Shown in pieces: positions 61,977 to 64,000 of a stretch of DNA of 64,000 nt (within the stretch, counting starts at the first letter, position 1; each line of letters opens with the position of its first letter). A program made the translations under genes and the position numbers. This stretch comes from the human T2T-CHM13v2.0 reference genome, Homo sapiens. The notes below the pieces were generated by a model. That model did not search any database. It worked only from the letters and a program-made list of their open reading frames with translations, and was not told the DNA's origin. The stretch is taken from assembly GCF_009914755.1 (NCBI RefSeq), contig NC_060931.1; one strand, 5' to 3'.

Positions 61977-62610
61977 TTAAATTAAATAAAAATCATCATT
62001 TAAAAATCTATTCCTGGCCAGGTGCAGTGGCTAATGCCTGTAATCCCAGCACTTCGGGTGTCTGAGGTGGGTGGATCACCTGAGGTCGGGAGTTCGAGAC
62101 CAGCCTGACCAACATGGAGAAACACTGTCTCTACTAAAAACACAAAATTAGCTGGCATGGTGGCACATGATTGTAATTCCAGCTACTTGGGAGGCTGAGA
62201 CAGGAGAATCGCTTGAACCTGGGAGGCAGAGGTTGCGGTGAGCCATTGCACTCCAGCCTAGGCAACAAGAGCAAAACTCCATTTCAAATATATTCCTTTT
62301 TATATGCATGACACCTAATGCAAACAAAACAAATATACAATTTTTTATTAACAAATAAATGTTACAGCATGTAAGATTAATCAGCTGGACCTGGTGGTCC
62401 ACATCTGTAGTCCCAGCTGCTGTGGAATCTGAGGAGGGAGGATGACTCGGGCCCAGTAATTAATTGCTTTGAGGGTGTAATGCCCAATGATCGTGCCTGT
62501 GAATAGCCACTGCACTCTAGCCTGGGTGACACAGCAAGACATTGTCTCTAAAATGAAACAAAGCAAAACAAAAAATTAATCAAAAACAAGTCTTAGGATA
62601 GCTTGGGCCT

Positions 62611-62965
62611 TGTCTTAGTCAGTTTGGACCGCTATAACAAATTATCATAGACTGGGGAGCTTCTAAACAACAGATATTTATTCCTCTGGAGGCTGGAAGT
62701 CTGAGATCAGGGTGCCAGCATGGCTGGTTTCTGGGGAGGGTCCACTTCTTGGTTCATGGACAGCCATCCTCTCATTGCATCCTCATGTGGTGGAAAGAGG
62801 GCAAAGGAGATCTCTGGAGCCCCTTTTACAAGGGCACTAATCCCAATCGTGAGGGCTCCACCCTTATGACCTAATCACCTCCTAAAGGCCCCACCTCCAA
62901 ATGCCATCACCTTGGGCACTAGGATTCAACATCAATTTTAGGGGGACACAAATGTTCAGTCTATG
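62611..62965 (-). mobile_element. MLT1A-type MaLR LTR
   Basis: tgtcttagtcagtttgg...gctataacaa...ggaggctggaagtctgagatcagggtgccagcatgg...gggggacacaaatgttcagtcta. Confidence 0.85.
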
Positions 62966-63731
62966 GGAGGCCTCATTTCCACAAAAATATATAGAAGCAT
63001 AAACTTGGAGAAATATTAATCTAGATGTTTCTGATGAAGAAACTGCTCTGTCTGAACTCCAGCATCCATTTTGAAGTCATCTATAGGGGATCTTCCTTGC
63101 CATGTGGTAGGAGTGCCTTGTATACACCCTCTGCCTGCCACCTACTTCCAGCCTTACCTGGCTCCAGCCCCTCCTCCTCACTTCTTCGAGAGTGATCTGT
63201 CTAATACATAAATAAGTGATCAAATCACCCCCTTCCAAAATCCTTCTGTGGCTCTGCACAGCTGAGGGAACAGGATTTTTACTCAGGGTGAGCCAAAAGA
63301 GCTCTGTAATTGGATCTCCAGACATTTCTCTAGCTTTATCTCTTGCATATCCTTCATGCAAACAGGGTTTGAAATGATTCCCATTCCCTAAACACTCTAT
63401 CCTCCTGGCCTTCATTTTTGCTGTTCACATGGCCTGGAACGTACGTACCCTTCCCCAGAGGAAGATCTGCTGTGAACCAAGAGAAGCTTACACTTCAGGC
63501 CTCCTTACTTGAATGGGCCCCTCCGAGTCCCTGAGTCTAACACTGTATTCCTAATTTTTCTATCCTTTTTTTTTTTCTAAAGGCAACCTCCCCTTAATTG
63601 TCTACATTTAAGGCCCCATAAACCTGGGCCTGCCCTTGCTTCCCCTCATCCTCCCCGGCCCCCCACTCCCAGTTGGATTTTGGTTTACTGAGATTGGTCT
63701 TCCAAGTCAAGTTGCCTCTTCCTCCCTGGAT

Positions 63732-63733
<2 letters not shown>

Positions 63734-63783
<50 letters not shown>
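63734..63783. repeat. (CA)n microsatellite, ~25 units
   Basis: Uninterrupted ac repeat. Confidence 0.97.
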
Positions 63784-63785
<2 letters not shown>

Positions 63786-63787
63786 TC

Positions 63788-63970
63788 CTTGACCAAACTC
63801 TAGCCAGGCGTTTTTTTGAGCCCTCTTCTTGACTAGACCTTAACCTTGGCTTATAAAAACTACAGACTCTCAGCATAAATGATTTCATCCAGTCTCTTCC
63901 CCTCACATGTAAAGACTTGACCAAATACTAACACAGCCTCTAACAGCTCCAGGCTGCACCCCTAGGATGA
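63788..63970. mobile_element. ERV1-class LTR fragment (MER34/MER39-like)
   Basis: cttgaccaaactctagccaggc...gagccctcttct-gactag motif. Confidence 0.45.
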
Positions 63971-64000
63971 GCAGGAGGTCGAGACTCTGCCTGGGAGATG

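Overview
Human genomic DNA, very rich in Alu, L1 and LTR repeats. I recognise it as the ATP6V0A4/TMEM213 locus (7q34). Minus strand: the 5' half of ATP6V0A4 (V-ATPase V0 subunit a4). Eleven coding exons with GT-AG boundaries splice into one open frame of 440 codons ([10 protein letters not shown]...SQKTDNE), and the gene continues past position 1. It also has a 5'UTR cassette exon (~40856-40958), a likely proximal first exon (donor at 28516) and a distal first exon (donors at 52914 and 52955). Plus strand: the complete three-exon TMEM213 CDS (107 aa; signal peptide, Cys-rich ectodomain, one TM helix), whose first exon overlaps the distal ATP6V0A4 first exon head-to-head. The most interesting structure is in the ATP6V0A4 leader. 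The TMEM213 start codon sits in a GCATGC palindrome that also opens an antisense uORF in the ATP6V0A4 5'UTR, and that uORF's stop codon lies inside an alternative splice donor. The cassette exon carries a second uORF with three AUGs, while the proximal first exon is AUG-free and open in frame with the main CDS. No CRISPR array, rRNA or tRNA was seen. Repeat boundaries and subfamily names are approximate, by-eye calls.
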